DNA of 62,039 nucleotides from Draconibacterium orientale (GTDB taxonomy: Bacteria > Bacteroidota > Bacteroidia > Bacteroidales > JAADGE01), in contig DZBS01000003.1 of the NCBI GenBank assembly GCA_022729995.1, positions 1 to 62,039 of the forward strand, in the 5' to 3' direction. The translations under genes and the position numbers were made by a program. This document shows positions 59,731-62,039 of this stretch, one piece after another. Within the stretch, counting starts at the first letter, position 1; each line of letters starts with the position of its first letter. The notes beneath the pieces are model-generated. The model did no database searches, was not told where the DNA came from, and saw nothing but the letters and a program-made list of their open reading frames with translations.

Positions 59731-60114
59731 TTACCTTTTTTTTGGTTCTACTAATTTTACTAATTTATCAATGTTCTGAAAATCTGATATATCACTTGTT
59801 AATAAATCTGCATTTAAATGTTTGGCAGTCGCCAAAATTAATGCGTCGGGTAGTTTTATCTTTTTCTGTTTGCGATAATCAATTGCTATATCGGCAATTT
59901 CTTTGTTAATATTTACGATTTCAACACTATTTAGTATTTGGGTTACAATTTCTTTTTCTTCGTTATCTTCAAAATTATAACCTTGTGTTTCAATGTAACT
60001 TATTATTGAAGTATACAGATAATCATATTTATTTACAATATCTTGCGAGGAAACAATTCCTTTTGAAGCGTCAATTATAACATTGCTGTCCAATAATCCT
60101 TTATTCCCACTCAT
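59731..60114 (-). CDS. PIN-domain (VapC-like) toxin
   Basis: LLDSNVIID, E in YIE, KLPDALILATA, LLTSD..DF acidic PIN residues. Confidence 0.9.
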   Translation of the reverse strand: MSGNKGLLDSNVIIDASKGIVSSQDIVNKYDYLYTSIISYIETQGYNFEDNEEKEIVTQILNSVEIVNINKEIADIAIDYRKQKKIKLPDALILATAKHLNADLLTSDISDFQNIDKLVKLVEPKKR

Positions 60115-60343
60115 CTCTTAATTGTTTTTGCCAAGTTACTGAATCATTTATATTTTTAAATATACCTTTTTCTTGTGCTTTGGCAAAAGCAAATGAAAGC
60201 AACTTTTTGTTATAATTGCCTTGCTTTTCCGGTTCACTATAAAGCAAAATTACCTTTACTTTTGCATTGTCGATTATTTGAAATTGCATTGGTATCTGAA
60301 TTGCTCTGTGATTTATATACGTTTCAAATTCTATTGCTTGCAT
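60101..60343 (-). CDS. Putative antitoxin
   Basis: 80 aa, overlaps the PIN gene start; MQAIEFET...I.IP...VKVILL and WQKQLRDEW patterns. Confidence 0.75.
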   Translation of the reverse strand: MQAIEFETYINHRAIQIPMQFQIIDNAKVKVILLYSEPEKQGNYNKKLLSFAFAKAQEKGIFKNINDSVTWQKQLRDEWE

Positions 60344-60359
60344 AATTTTAAATTTTAAA

Positions 60360-60367
60360 CAAAGTTA
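60360..60367 (-). promoter_or_regulatory. Bacteroidota-type -7 promoter motif (TAACTTTG) for the TA operon
   Basis: TAnnTTTG 16 bp upstream of the antitoxin ATG. Confidence 0.5.
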
Positions 60368-60484
60368 CGAAAATATAATGTTGTTTAACTAAATTGAAAA
60401 ATATATTGTTATTTTTTATTACATAATTTGATTTTACGTTCCTCTCGACAGAAGTTTGCAAATCAAGCTTTTAACAGGCCGTTT

Positions 60485-60550
60485 AAAACCCAAACATTGC
60501 AAAAGTTTTAGAATTTTTGTAATGTTAACTATTACTGCAAAATAAAATCT
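60485..60550. repeat. 66-bp REP-like palindromic repeat, right copy (direct orientation)
   Basis: Five mismatches to 59312-59377; two are C>T changes in the right arm. Confidence 0.9.
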
Positions 60551-60587
60551 ACCTCTCCCCGCTCCCGAAATATTTCCGATTTAAGAA

Positions 60588-61691
60588 TTAATACTGACGT
60601 TTTGTGGTTTGAAATCTGTAATTGGTTTTATCTTTTTTAACATAATTAAGAATTTGCTTTTCTACATCATCTTTTTCATTGTTGAGAATATTTATTTGAA
60701 TTGGCAAAAAATACATTCGTTCACGCATATTCACATTTGTAATCTCAAAATTTCTGAGCTTTGCAGAATCTTTTTCTGTTGTTATAATAATTTTTTTTGA
60801 GTTCTGAATTTTTAAGAATTCATCTTGTATTTTTTCAATTTCTAATTGTGTAAAATCAAAATGATCTTTAAATTTTAAATGATATATGTCTGAACTATAA
60901 TTACTTATGTATTCTTCTATGGTTTCGCTGTTTGCAATTCCGGTTACTAATAAAATTGAATAATTCTCTAATTTAAGATTTTCAATATCAAGAATTTCTT
61001 GTTCACTTGCGTAAACACGATTTAACTTTTTGTATTCAATACTTGAAAAATATAAACTTTGATATGGAAATAAGTTAACTTTCTTTGCCATTATTCTCAT
61101 GTCAATAGGTTTTAATTTTGGCGGTGCTTTAGTAACAATAATAATGTTTGCTCTGGTTCTTTGTCCCGGACTTTCACGCAGTCTTCCAAAGGGCAAATAA
61201 AAATCATTAAAAAAAGGTTTTGTGTAATCTATCAGCAAAATTGAAAGTCCCGGCTTAACATATCTGTGTTGATATGCATCATCAAGTATAATTAAGTCGG
61301 GCTTTTCAACTAATTCTTGTAATCTTTTTATTCCTTCAACACGTTTTTCGGCAGCTGCAATAATAATATCGGGATATTTTAATTTAATTTGCATCAATTC
61401 ATCGCCAATAATATTCGAATCGGATTTTTCATCGGCAAGCACAAATCCTTTTGTTTTTCGCATATATCCGCGACTTAAAACAGCAACTCTGTATTCGGGT
61501 TTCAGCAAATTAATTAAATATTCAACATGCGGCGTTTTTCCTGTACCTCCCACAGTAATGTTTCCGACAGAAATTATCGGTATTTCAAATTCTGTAGATT
61601 TTATTATATCAATATCGAACAAAAAGTTTCTAAAATTTGCTACAAACGCATATAATAAAGAAATCGGGTAAAGAAAAATTGCTTTAAACAT
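60588..61691 (-). CDS. lpxK: Tetraacyldisaccharide 4'-kinase
   Basis: SVGNITVGGTGKTP, LSRGY, LDDAYQH, GRLRE, TTEKD. Confidence 0.96.
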   Translation of the reverse strand: MFKAIFLYPISLLYAFVANFRNFLFDIDIIKSTEFEIPIISVGNITVGGTGKTPHVEYLINLLKPEYRVAVLSRGYMRKTKGFVLADEKSDSNIIGDELMQIKLKYPDIIIAAAEKRVEGIKRLQELVEKPDLIILDDAYQHRYVKPGLSILLIDYTKPFFNDFYLPFGRLRESPGQRTRANIIIVTKAPPKLKPIDMRIMAKKVNLFPYQSLYFSSIEYKKLNRVYASEQEILDIENLKLENYSILLVTGIANSETIEEYISNYSSDIYHLKFKDHFDFTQLEIEKIQDEFLKIQNSKKIIITTEKDSAKLRNFEITNVNMRERMYFLPIQINILNNEKDDVEKQILNYVKKDKTNYRFQTTKRQY

Positions 61692-61706
61692 TTTGACTAC
61701 GGATTT

Positions 61707-62039
61707 TTAATTTAATTCAATAAAAAATGGTATTCTTGCTTGTATTCCTTGTATTTGCGATAGTTTTTTAAAATTATCGAAATAATAATATGAACTTCCT
61801 AATTCTTTTTCCATTACCGACATTCTTGTTTCTGAAAGTAAATCTTCAAACATTTCTTGATATTTGTCTTTTTCGGGAAAACTAACCAATTTATATTTAT
61901 CGAGTTTTGCCATTTGTGCAGCAATTTTTATTGCATCGCCCAAACCGCCGTAAACATCAATAAGCCCAATTTCTTTGGCATCTGCACCGCTCCAAACTCT
62001 ACCTTGTCCAATTTCATCAACTTTTTCGACAGAAATTTT
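61707..62039 (-). CDS. sppA: Signal peptide peptidase SppA, C-terminal part (5' beyond window edge)
   Basis: Open frame from 62039 reads VDEIGQGRVWSGADAKEIGLIDVYGGLGDAI. Confidence 0.9.
   Translation of the reverse strand, partial: KISVEKVDEIGQGRVWSGADAKEIGLIDVYGGLGDAIKIAAQMAKLDKYKLVSFPEKDKYQEMFEDLLSETRMSVMEKELGSSYYYFDNFKKLSQIQGIQARIPFFIELN

Noticed and set aside
1-62039. tRNA, rRNA, transposase or prophage genes
   Set aside because: No cloverleaf-like or rRNA-like tracts and no transposase, integrase or phage motifs were seen by eye

Overview
Strongly AT-rich chromosomal window from a Bacteroidota bacterium, probably Bacteroidales-like. This is inferred from the MurF-Alr fusion, alpha2-type GlyRS, the ftsX-DUF3098-uppP-truB block, lpxK-sppA and TAnnTTTG promoter motifs. 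Most of it is housekeeping, envelope and signalling genes: PAS kinases, two RsbU-type phosphatases, a PhoR/PhoB-like pair with a PiT transporter, pspC-padR-pspC, an adenylate cyclase-HD fusion and a lipoprotein/outer-membrane cluster. No rRNA, tRNA, CRISPR or transposase was seen. The main unexplained signal is a ~90-bp intergenic element present about 8 times on both strands, including a tandem run. It has a covarying hairpin (CAGATGAAACATCC...GGATGTTCCTATCTG) and an A-rich tail, and it ends exactly at an ATGAAA that starts the downstream gene or the next unit. Also notable: an Arg32-type EF-P and a PIN toxin-antitoxin mini-island bracketed by 66-bp palindromic direct repeats. All calls come from reading the sequence and ORF track; no database searches were run.
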